From: a virus | Taxonomy: Duplodnaviria; Heunggongvirae; Uroviricota; Caudoviricetes | DNA length: 5,405 nucleotides | Direction: 5' to 3' (one strand) | Virus record (IMG/VR): IMGVR_UViG_2609459845_000005 | Shown here: positions 1 to 5,383 of the stretch, one piece after another | How positions within the stretch are numbered: the first letter of the stretch is position 1 | Layout of the letters: each line of letters begins with the position of its first letter | Translations under genes and position numbers: made by a program | The notes under the pieces: model-generated | What the model was told of the DNA's origin: nothing | Databases searched by the model: none | The model's input: only the letters and a program-made list of their open reading frames with translations

Positions 1-477
1 CGTTGGCCTCAACACGATTTTACGTCACTTAAAAAACTCAGGCCGCAGTCGGTAACCTCGCGCATACAGCCGGGCAGTGACGTCATCGTCTGCGCGGAAA
101 TGGACGAACAGTGGGGCTATGTCGGGGCTAAATCGCGCCAGCGCTGGCTGTTTTACGCGTATGACAGGCTCCGGAAGACGGTTGTTGCGCACGTATTCGG
201 TGAACGCACTATGGCGACGCTGGGGCGTCTTATGAGCCTGCTGTCACCCTTTGACGTGGTGATATGGATGACGGATGGCTGGCCGCTGTATGAATCCCGC
301 CTGAAGGGAAAGCTGCACGTAATCAGCAAGCGATATACGCAGCGAATTGAGCGGCATAACCTGAATCTGAGGCAGCACCTGGCACGGCTGGGACGGAAGT
401 CGCTGTCGTTCTCAAAATCGGTGGAGCTGCATGACAAAGTCATCGGGCATTATCTGAACATAAAACACTATCAATAA
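1..477 (+). CDS. insB: IS1 InsB' transposase domain (5' partial; expressed as InsAB' fusion by -1 frameshift)
   Basis: Frame 1 is open from base 1 ([49 protein letters not shown]...HYLNIKHYQ*) and contains the track ORF 100..477. It matches IS1 InsB as recalled. Confidence 0.9.
   Translation, partial: RWPQHDFTSLKKLRPQSVTSRIQPGSDVIVCAEMDEQWGYVGAKSRQRWLFYAYDRLRKTVVAHVFGERTMATLGRLMSLLSPFDVVIWMTDGWPLYESRLKGKLHVISKRYTQRIERHNLNLRQHLARLGRKSLSFSKSVELHDKVIGHYLNIKHYQ
2..55 (+). CDS. insA: IS1 InsA, 3' end only (5' partial)
   Basis: Frame 2 translates ...[17 protein letters not shown] with TAA at 53-55, which matches the InsA C-terminus from memory. Confidence 0.85.
   Translation, partial: VGLNTILRHLKNSGRSR
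31..37 (+). promoter_or_regulatory. IS1 programmed -1 ribosomal frameshift site (A6C slippery motif)
   Basis: AAAAAAC at 31-37 sits in the insA/insB' overlap within the context ttAAAAAACtc, the known IS1 frameshift window. Confidence 0.8.
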
Positions 478-557
478 GTTGGAGTCATTACCTCCAAATC
501 TGAATAATTAAGTTCAGCACTGTAAATAAAATTTAATCCTTAACTGGAGGTATATCT

Positions 558-770
558 ATGTCAAATACACAGAAAATTATTAACACTGAAAAATATAACG
601 AGTGGGTGAAAAAATTCTCTGAACAGATTTTTAAAATTACTGGCGACGAGAATGTGGCAAAAAATGAATTAGAACCGTGGACACCTGAAGGAAACGCACC
701 AAATTATTGCTGGTGGGAGGTTGATCCGGTTGATGCTGCAAATGAAGCCATGAGTTACCACAACGATTAA
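558..770 (+). CDS. hypothetical small acidic protein (70 aa), first gene of AT-rich cassette
   Basis: ATG at 558 is preceded by GGAGG at 546-550 (7-nt spacing), with TAA at 768-770. Hand count gives about 38% GC. No family recognised. Confidence 0.55.
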   Translation: MSNTQKIINTEKYNEWVKKFSEQIFKITGDENVAKNELEPWTPEGNAPNYCWWEVDPVDAANEAMSYHND

Positions 771-780
771 TGTCGGGAGG

Positions 781-796
781 CCGCCCGAAAGGGCGG
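781..796 (+). other. GC-rich stem-loop with GAAA tetraloop in the A-B intergenic spacer (not a canonical terminator)
   Basis: ccgccc-gaaa-gggcgg is a perfect 6-bp GC stem closing a GNRA loop. No U-tract follows (taagaaATG), and the 3' arm lies 6 nt upstream of the ORF B start. Confidence 0.5.
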
Positions 797-802
797 TAAG
801 AA

Positions 803-1021
803 ATGACTACATTATTCAGAAAAGAATATCCGCAAAAAAGTAGAGCGACAGAATTTTTGTTTCTCATTCTGTTTATCGTATTGATGATACCGATATCCCC
901 TCTAATTTTTGTCTGGGCAATCGGGAAAATAATTGAGCCAGTTACTGAATTGTATACCGACGTTGTATGGGCGTCGTTCAACACACTGCACAATAAAATT
1001 AATCCGTATAAGGAAAACTGA
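803..1021 (+). CDS. hypothetical small membrane protein (72 aa, one predicted TM helix)
   Basis: ATG at 803. A long hydrophobic stretch FLFLILFIVLMIPISPLIFVWAIG is flanked by charged residues. TGA at 1019-1021. AT-rich codon usage. Confidence 0.5.
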   Translation: MTTLFRKEYPQKSRATEFLFLILFIVLMIPISPLIFVWAIGKIIEPVTELYTDVVWASFNTLHNKINPYKEN

Positions 1022-1022
1022 T

Positions 1023-1286
1023 ATGGCAACTTTGACAAAAAAAGAACGGGCATGGTTGAACGAATTACAGGAAGTTCTTGATCGCTGTCCATCACCGAAA
1101 AAAATTGGCTTTTACACCATTGGCGATAAAAGCATTTACCTGTATGACCTACGTCGCATGGATGAAATCATGGAGGCTCTTGATAATCGTTCGTCGATGG
1201 ATTGGTGTGTTGCTGTTCATGATATGAATGCAGGGTTTGATGAAAAGATTTTGTTCCCCTCATCAGTTGAAAGCACTGCGGGTTAA
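1023..1286 (+). CDS. hypothetical protein (87 aa)
   Basis: ATG at 1023 lies 1 nt after the ORF B stop, with AAGGAA at 1010-1015. The track start at 933 would overlap ORF B by about 90 nt with no RBS, so 1023 is preferred. Confidence 0.55.
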   Translation: MATLTKKERAWLNELQEVLDRCPSPKKIGFYTIGDKSIYLYDLRRMDEIMEALDNRSSMDWCVAVHDMNAGFDEKILFPSSVESTAG

Positions 1287-1296
1287 GGAGTAACAC

Positions 1297-1464
1297 ATGA
1301 CCACTATTACCAAAGAACGTATTGAATTGTTCATTAAAAACCCGCTTGAAAACGGGCTTACCCGTGGTGAACAAATGGAACTGGCACGGATTGCGCTGGC
1401 ATCGCTGGAAGCAGAGCCGGTTGTGTTCTGGTTTGAAAAATATCAAGAAGGGGCTACGGCATGA
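1297..1464 (+). CDS. hypothetical small protein (55 aa), paralog of the following gene
   Basis: Absent from the track (below its length cutoff). ATG at 1297 is preceded by AAGGAG at 1285-1290. Translates [55 protein letters not shown], with the TGA stop overlapping the next ATG (gcATGAcg). Confidence 0.45.
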   Translation: MTTITKERIELFIKNPLENGLTRGEQMELARIALASLEAEPVVFWFEKYQEGATA

Positions 1465-1706
1465 CGACTTTTACCAGAGAGCAGTTAATAGCTCACGCAG
1501 AGGAGACTATTGAAGCACAGAGACTGTGCATACCGGGCACAATCGACCATGACATCATCCGCACATATAAGATGGATATTGCTGTTCTGGAAATCGCACT
1601 GGTATCGCTGGCAGCAGAGCCAGCCGGTAAATTGCATGAATACAAACCAGTGGGATATCAGCGTCTGGTCGATGAGTTAACCATGCTGGTAAAGCAGTTA
1701 ACCTAG
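1461..1706 (+). CDS. hypothetical small protein (81 aa), paralog of the preceding gene
   Basis: Track ORF. Shares the N-terminal MTTxT(K/R)E and the IAL(A/V)SL(E/A)AEP motif with the 55-aa ORF. Start overlaps the upstream stop (ATGA). Confidence 0.5.
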   Translation: MTTFTREQLIAHAEETIEAQRLCIPGTIDHDIIRTYKMDIAVLEIALVSLAAEPAGKLHEYKPVGYQRLVDELTMLVKQLT

Positions 1707-1801
1707 CAACTGAGGAAAGCGAAGCCAGACTGCAAATTACCGGATAAGGCGATGAGTTATCTGGAGCGGAACGGACTGATAAGCGTGGAGGATATTTTAC
1801 G

Positions 1802-1885
1802 ATGACCTGGCCTGAAGCATTAACAACGGTAGGAATTGCGATGGCGGTGGCGCTGGTGGTGTATTCGATTTGCCGCTGGGGATAA
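1802..1885 (+). CDS. possible small hydrophobic peptide (27 aa, MTWPEALTTVGIAMAVALVVYSICRWG)
   Basis: ATG at 1802 is preceded by GGAGG at 1788-1792 and overlaps the stop of a 17-aa ORF (1752..1805) as ATGA. Coding status is uncertain because the ORF is so short. Confidence 0.2.
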   Translation: MTWPEALTTVGIAMAVALVVYSICRWG

Positions 1886-1892
1886 AAACGGT

Positions 1893-1920
1893 TTGCGGGA
1901 AAAGGAGAGTTAAGTAGAAT
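1893..1920 (+). promoter_or_regulatory. candidate promoter of the hok/mok mRNA
   Basis: -35-like TTGCGG at 1893-1898, 16-nt spacer, -10 TAGAAT at 1915-1920. The predicted start near 1927 is the beginning of the GGGUGCUUGAGGCU element, which resembles the 5' end of plasmid R1 hok mRNA as I recall it. Confidence 0.4.
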
Positions 1921-1979
1921 TGCAGCGGGTGCTTGAGGCTATCTGTCTCAGGCATGAACACCAAAAGGCAGATAGAGAA

Positions 1980-2047
1980 AAGCCCCAGTTAACATTACGC
2001 GTCCGGCAAGACGCTTAACATTAATCTGAGGCCATATCTATGCTCTA
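1980..2047 (-). ncRNA. sok: candidate Sok-type antisense RNA (approximate ends)
   Basis: Minus-strand promoter-like elements: -35 TTGCCT (plus 2078-2083), 17-nt spacer, -10 TAACCT (plus 2055-2060). The transcript would be antisense to the mok start region and carries an imperfect hairpin (GUUAA/UUAAC outer stem, GCGUC/GACGC inner stem) before a short U-run. Placement follows the known hok/sok architecture. Confidence 0.4.
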
Positions 2048-2252
2048 CACACGTAGGTTAGCCTCTTACGTGCCGAAAGGCAAGGAGAAGCAGGCTATGA
2101 AGCAGCAAAAGGCGATGCTAATCGCCCTGATCGTCATCTGTTTAACCGTCATTGTGACGGCACTGGTAACGAGGAAAGACCTCTGCGAGGTACGAATCCG
2201 AACCGGCCAGACGGAGGTCGCTGTCTTCACAGCTTACGAACCTGAGGAGTAA
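2040..2252 (+). CDS. mok: Mok-like reading frame (70 aa), in frame with and containing hok
   Basis: ATG at 2040 extends the Hok frame by 19 codons (MLYTRRLASYVPKGKEKQA-), with a GGAGG-type RBS within it just before the hok ATG. This is the same arrangement I recall for chromosomal mokC/hokC. Confidence 0.55.
   Translation: MLYTRRLASYVPKGKEKQAMKQQKAMLIALIVICLTVIVTALVTRKDLCEVRIRTGQTEVAVFTAYEPEE
2097..2252 (+). CDS. hokD: Hok-family type I toxin, HokD-like (51 aa)
   Basis: MKQQKAMLIALIVICLTVIVTALVTRKDLCEVRIRTGQTEVAVFTAYEPEE matches E. coli HokD (RelF) as I recall it: one TM helix plus the conserved C-terminal Hok region. AGGAGAAG RBS precedes the ATG. Confidence 0.9.
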   Translation: MKQQKAMLIALIVICLTVIVTALVTRKDLCEVRIRTGQTEVAVFTAYEPEE

Positions 2253-2320
2253 GAGACCTGGCGGGGGAGAAATCCCTCGCCACCTCTGATGTGTCAGGCA
2301 TCCTCAACGCACCCGCACTT

Positions 2321-2347
2321 AACCCGCTTCGGCGGGTTTTGTTTTTT
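2321..2347 (+). terminator. intrinsic terminator of hok mRNA
   Basis: aacccgc-UUCG-gcgggtt stem with a UUCG tetraloop, followed by ttttgtttttt. Confidence 0.7.
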
Positions 2348-2368
2348 CCTGGCATTCTGGTTTACAAT
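2339..2368 (+). promoter_or_regulatory. candidate promoter for the rem-ydfU-rusA-Q operon
   Basis: Near-consensus -10 TACAAT at 2363-2368, with a weak -35-like TTGTTT at 2339-2344 (18-nt spacer) that overlaps the terminator U-tract. Confidence 0.35.
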
Positions 2369-2419
2369 TCGCACGTCAGCCTGAACACCTGACACCTGCT
2401 GCGCCAGCAGAGAAAACAG

Positions 2420-2692
2420 ATGGCGCACAAAACCAAATTTCACAATTCTGATACCGACCTTGCCATCCGGCATGAGCGGCGTTCACACGCATTTAAAACC
2501 GACTGGTACCAACACCCACCATGTACTGAAGAACAGGCCGAATGGCTGATTCATTCTTACCGCAGGCGCGGGTTCGAGGTTAAGAAAGCTCTCAGCCTCG
2601 ATTATCGTCACTGGATAATCTCCGTCAGGCTTCCTTACTCTGAACGCCCACCGCGTCCGTCCCGCACATTCCAGCAACGCATCTGGAGGTAA
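2420..2692 (+). CDS. small prophage protein, Rem-like by position (90 aa)
   Basis: Track ORF with ATG at 2420 and TAA at 2690-2692. It sits between hokD and the YdfU-like gene, which is where rem lies in K-12 Qin. Sequence identity to Rem is not verifiable from memory. Confidence 0.45.
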   Translation: MAHKTKFHNSDTDLAIRHERRSHAFKTDWYQHPPCTEEQAEWLIHSYRRRGFEVKKALSLDYRHWIISVRLPYSERPPRPSRTFQQRIWR

Positions 2693-2693
2693 C

Positions 2694-3743
2694 GTGCGGG
2701 TATTACTTCGACCTGTTCTGGTACCGGAACTCGGGCTGGTGATCGTTAAGCCGGGCCGTGAATCCATGCCGGTATTCCACAATACCCGGGTACTGGTGGA
2801 GCCGGAACCGAAAAGCATGCGTAATCTGTCGTCCGGGGTCGTTCCTGCCGTTCGCCAGCCGCTGGCGGAGGATAAATCATTACTGCCATTTTTCAGCGAC
2901 GAACGAGTGATTCGTGCTGCTGGTGGCGCTGGCGCATTGTCTGACTGGTTACTGCGCCATGTTAAATCCTGCCAGTGGCCACACGGCGATTATCACCACA
3001 GTGAAACCGTCATTCACCGTTATGGTACCGGCGCAATGGTGTTGTGCTGGCACTGCGACAACCAGTTGCGTGACCAGACCTCCGAATCACTTGAGCAACT
3101 TGCTCACCAAAACCTGTCAGCATGGATGATTGACGTCATTCGTCACGCAATGAATGGCACACAGGAGCGTGAATTATCGCTGGCTGAATTATCCTGGTGG
3201 GCGGCCTGCAATCAGGTGGTGGATGCACTACCTGAGGCAGTAGCGCGTCGTTCGCTGGGATTACCAGCGGAAAAAATCCGCTCCGTATACCGTGAGAGTG
3301 ACATCGTACCGGGAGAACAGACAGCCATCAGCATACTGAAGCAGCGCACAAAAAATATTGCGCTGCCACTTCACGTCCACCAGCAACAAAATCCACCACA
3401 GGAAAAGACGGTGGTCAGCATTGCCGTTGATCCGGAGTCTCCGGAATCCTTCATGAAACGACCTAAACGTCGCCGCTGGGTTAACGAGAAATACACGCGC
3501 TGGGTGAAGACACAGCCGTGTGCGTGTTGTGGTAAGCCAGCCGACGATCCCCATCACCTGATTGGTCATGGTCAGGGCGGAATGGGGACAAAATCTCACG
3601 ATATTTTCACGCTACCGCTGTGTCGGGAGCATCACAACGAGCTTCATGCGGATCCGCTGGCGTTCGAAGAAAAGCATGGCTCTCAGGTTGATTTAATTTT
3701 TCGTTTTCTTGATCACGCCTTTGCAACCGGCGTGCTCGGGTAA
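2694..3743 (+). CDS. ydfU: YdfU-like prophage protein (DUF968 family), 349 aa, Cys/His-rich C-terminus
   Basis: GTG start at 2694, 1 nt after the upstream stop, with GGAGG at 2685-2689. Length and synteny (hokD-rem-ydfU-Q) match Qin ydfU as recalled. The C-terminus carries CACCGKPADDPHHLIGHG...CREHHNELH. Confidence 0.65.
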   Translation: MRVLLRPVLVPELGLVIVKPGRESMPVFHNTRVLVEPEPKSMRNLSSGVVPAVRQPLAEDKSLLPFFSDERVIRAAGGAGALSDWLLRHVKSCQWPHGDYHHSETVIHRYGTGAMVLCWHCDNQLRDQTSESLEQLAHQNLSAWMIDVIRHAMNGTQERELSLAELSWWAACNQVVDALPEAVARRSLGLPAEKIRSVYRESDIVPGEQTAISILKQRTKNIALPLHVHQQQNPPQEKTVVSIAVDPESPESFMKRPKRRRWVNEKYTRWVKTQPCACCGKPADDPHHLIGHGQGGMGTKSHDIFTLPLCREHHNELHADPLAFEEKHGSQVDLIFRFLDHAFATGVLG

Positions 3744-3755
3744 AAGAGGTTACTG

Positions 3756-4130
3756 ATGCGTATAGAGTTTGTTTTGCCTTACCCGCCGACGGTGAACACC
3801 TACTGGCGACGTCGTGGCAGCACATATTTTGTATCAAAAGCCGGTGAGCGTTATCGCCGGGCTGTGGCGCTTATTGTTCGCCAGCAGCGGCTGAAATTAA
3901 GCCTGTCCGGAAGGCTGGCGATAAAGATTATTGCCGCGCCACCGGATAAGCGCCGCCGTGACCTGGACAATATTCTGAAAGCGCCGCTGGATGCGCTGAC
4001 GCATGCGGGGTTGCTAATGGACGATGAGCAGTTTGATGAAATCAATATCGTTCGTGCTCAGCCAGTATCTGGTGGACGTCTGGGGGTGAAGATTTACCCC
4101 ATAATGCTTGCAGGGCAGGTCAAAAAATGA
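3756..4130 (+). CDS. rusA: RusA-family Holliday junction resolvase (124 aa)
   Basis: AAGAGG RBS at 3744-3749. LPYPPTVNTYWRRR, DKRRRDLDNILKA and SGGRLGVKI align with the RusA signature blocks (LPWPPSNNRYYR, DRRRRDLDN, KGGRL) as recalled. Confidence 0.85.
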   Translation: MRIEFVLPYPPTVNTYWRRRGSTYFVSKAGERYRRAVALIVRQQRLKLSLSGRLAIKIIAAPPDKRRRDLDNILKAPLDALTHAGLLMDDEQFDEINIVRAQPVSGGRLGVKIYPIMLAGQVKK

Positions 4131-4948
4131 AACTGGAAGATTTACCGAAATACTACTCCCCAAAATCCCCCGGCCTGACTGATGCATCGGCCTCAACGTC
4201 GAAAGATGCGCTGAGTATCACTGATGTGATGGCCGCGCAGGGCATGACACAGAATCGGGCTGGGATGGGGTTTTCTGCGTTCCTTGGGAAAATGGGCATT
4301 AGTATGAATGACAGAGAGCGGGCAACAGAATTGCTGACAGAATATGCACTCAGTCGGTGTGATCGCGTGGCGGCGTTAAGAAAACTCCCGGCAGAAATAA
4401 AACCGGCAGTGATGCGTATTATGGCTTCGTATGCGTTTGAAGATTATGCCCGTAGCGCAGCGAGCAAAAAACAGTGCCCCTGCTGTCACGGAAAAAAATT
4501 TATTGAAAGCGAGGTTTTTACAAACAAGATCCAGTATCCGGATGGTAAGCCGCCGGTATGGGCAAAGTGTACGAAAGGTGTGTATCCGTCTTACTGGGAA
4601 GAATGGAAAAAAGTCAGGGAGGTGGTAAAAGTTGCCTGTCCGGAGTGTGGCGGAAAGGGTGAGGTTTCCACCGCCTGTAAGGATTGCCGTGGGCGTGGTG
4701 TCGCCATTCATCGTGAAGAGTCGGTAAAACGTGGTATGCCTGTTATCAGAGACTGCCAGCGTTGTGGTGGTCGTGGCTGTGAAAGACTACCATCAACGGA
4801 GGCATTTAATGCCATATGCAAAGTGACGAGTGCTATCACGCTTGATACGTGGAAAAAATCAGTGAAACGCTTTTACGATACGTTGGTGGTTCGGTTTGAC
4901 ATTGAAGAGGCATGGGCGGAGCGGCAGTTAAAGAGGGTAACGCGATAG
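4127..4948 (+). CDS. putative late-gene antiterminator Q-like protein with four DnaJ-type zinc-finger repeats (273 aa)
   Basis: ATG overlaps the rusA stop (ATGA). It is the last gene before a promoter/terminator pair, as Q is in lambdoid phages. Contains CPCCHGKK, CPECGGKG, CKDCRGRG and CQRCGGRG (three perfect CxxCxGxG). Confidence 0.55.
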   Translation: MKLEDLPKYYSPKSPGLTDASASTSKDALSITDVMAAQGMTQNRAGMGFSAFLGKMGISMNDRERATELLTEYALSRCDRVAALRKLPAEIKPAVMRIMASYAFEDYARSAASKKQCPCCHGKKFIESEVFTNKIQYPDGKPPVWAKCTKGVYPSYWEEWKKVREVVKVACPECGGKGEVSTACKDCRGRGVAIHREESVKRGMPVIRDCQRCGGRGCERLPSTEAFNAICKVTSAITLDTWKKSVKRFYDTLVVRFDIEEAWAERQLKRVTR

Positions 4949-4953
4949 TGTTG

Positions 4954-4981
4954 TTGATTTTTCCCGAATCTGTGGTAAATT
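4954..4981 (+). promoter_or_regulatory. candidate late promoter (PR'-like) with embedded Q-utilisation region
   Basis: TTGATT at 4954-4959, 16-nt spacer, extended -10 TGgTAAATT at 4973-4981. It starts 6 nt after the Q-like stop. Confidence 0.4.
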
Positions 4982-5030
4982 CGCTCTAACGATGGGCGTT
5001 TTATGCCTGACGTTAGAAGATTTTTTACAC

Positions 5031-5053
5031 CCCGCCGCCTGGCGGGTTTTTTA
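5031..5053 (+). terminator. strong intrinsic terminator (tR'-like) about 60 nt downstream of the candidate late promoter
   Basis: cccgcc-gcct-ggcggg is a perfect 6-bp GC stem, followed by tttttta. Confidence 0.75.
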
Positions 5054-5174
5054 TGACTGAAATCGCGTCAGTACAGTAAACGCGCTGGTGGCGGTGAATA
5101 CCTGTCTTTCAGCTTGCTGGCTTTTTCGACAAGAGTTATTGGTGTGTCACGTTAACCGGAAAAGGGAAAAAGAC

Positions 5175-5372
5175 ATGCTAAAACAGCAGGATATGACAGA
5201 AACCGCCAGAGTAGTGTTTAATGAATTAAGCGTTACCGAACCGGCGACAGTCGGGGAGATTGCACAGAATACTTACCTTTCACGCGAACGCTGCCAGTTA
5301 ATACTGACCCAGCTGGTTATGGCGGGGCTGGCAGACTATCAGTTCGGTTGTTACAGACGCCTTCCGCAGTGA
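5175..5372 (+). CDS. hypothetical small protein (65 aa), possible helix-turn-helix DNA-binding protein
   Basis: ATG at 5175 with AAGGGA at 5162-5167. The track ORF start at 5088 is a GTG with no RBS. The segment VGEIAQNTYLSRERCQLILTQLVMAGL looks like an HTH recognition helix. Confidence 0.45.
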   Translation: MLKQQDMTETARVVFNELSVTEPATVGEIAQNTYLSRERCQLILTQLVMAGLADYQFGCYRRLPQ

Positions 5373-5383
5373 AGGCTTTTTTA
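5359..5383 (+). terminator. intrinsic terminator overlapping the stop codon of the 65-aa ORF
   Basis: gccttc-cgcagt-gaaggc stem-loop followed by tttttta. The stop TGA (5370-5372) lies in the loop/3' arm. Confidence 0.65.

Larger units (their letters stand above)
1..492 (+). mobile_element. IS1: IS1 insertion sequence, right-hand portion (left end lies outside the window)
   Basis: Sequence matches IS1 as I recall it: insA C-terminus, the A6C frameshift motif, full insB' frame, and the terminal inverted repeat ending ...aagttggagtcattacc at about 476-492. Composition changes abruptly to AT-rich immediately after 492. Confidence 0.9.

Noticed and set aside
153-443. 96-aa ORF on the minus strand inside IS1
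   Set aside because: It lies entirely antisense to insB'. IS1 is well characterised and has no such gene, so this is a chance open frame in the opposite strand of a coding region.
933-1022. Upstream extension of ORF C to the ATG at 933 (track ORF 933..1286)
   Set aside because: It would overlap ORF B by about 90 nt in another frame and has no RBS, whereas the ATG at 1023 has AAGGAA at the correct spacing and follows the B stop by 1 nt.
637-1095. 152-aa minus-strand ORF spanning ORFs A, B and C
   Set aside because: It overlaps three plus-strand genes that have good RBSs and tight coupling. Its product is low-complexity with no start context, so it is most likely an antisense artefact of AT-rich sequence.
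1168-1446. 92-aa minus-strand ORF
   Set aside because: Antisense to ORF C and the 55-aa ORF, with no ribosome-binding site and a low-complexity product.
1322-1513. 63-aa plus-strand ORF in an alternative frame
   Set aside because: It overlaps the two paralogous ORFs out of frame. The paralog frames are supported by RBS, coupling and duplicated motifs, and this one is not.
1954-1992. 12-codon ORF (MNTKRQIEKSPS) in the hok mRNA leader as a possible out-of-frame mok
   Set aside because: It does not overlap hok, so it cannot provide the translational coupling that defines mok. The in-frame 2040 start fits the chromosomal mokC/hokC arrangement better.
2483-2818. 111-aa minus-strand ORF
   Set aside because: Antisense to the rem-like and ydfU-like genes, which form a coupled plus-strand operon.
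2914-3129. 71-aa plus-strand ORF inside ydfU in another frame
   Set aside because: Fully embedded in the 349-aa ORF, with no independent start signals.
3261-4196. Four minus-strand ORFs (3261..3599, 3607..3837, 3851..4045, 4014..4196)
   Set aside because: All are antisense to ydfU, rusA or the start of the Q-like gene. They are typical shadow ORFs of GC-richer coding sequence.
4376-4711. 111-aa minus-strand ORF and 65-aa plus-strand ORF (4431..4628) inside the Q-like gene
   Set aside because: Embedded in or antisense to the 273-aa ORF, with no independent support.
5088-5174. N-terminal extension of the last ORF to a GTG at 5088
   Set aside because: No RBS precedes the GTG, and the extension would start only about 35 nt after the terminator. 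The ATG at 5175 has an AAGGGA RBS and gives a compact 65-aa protein.
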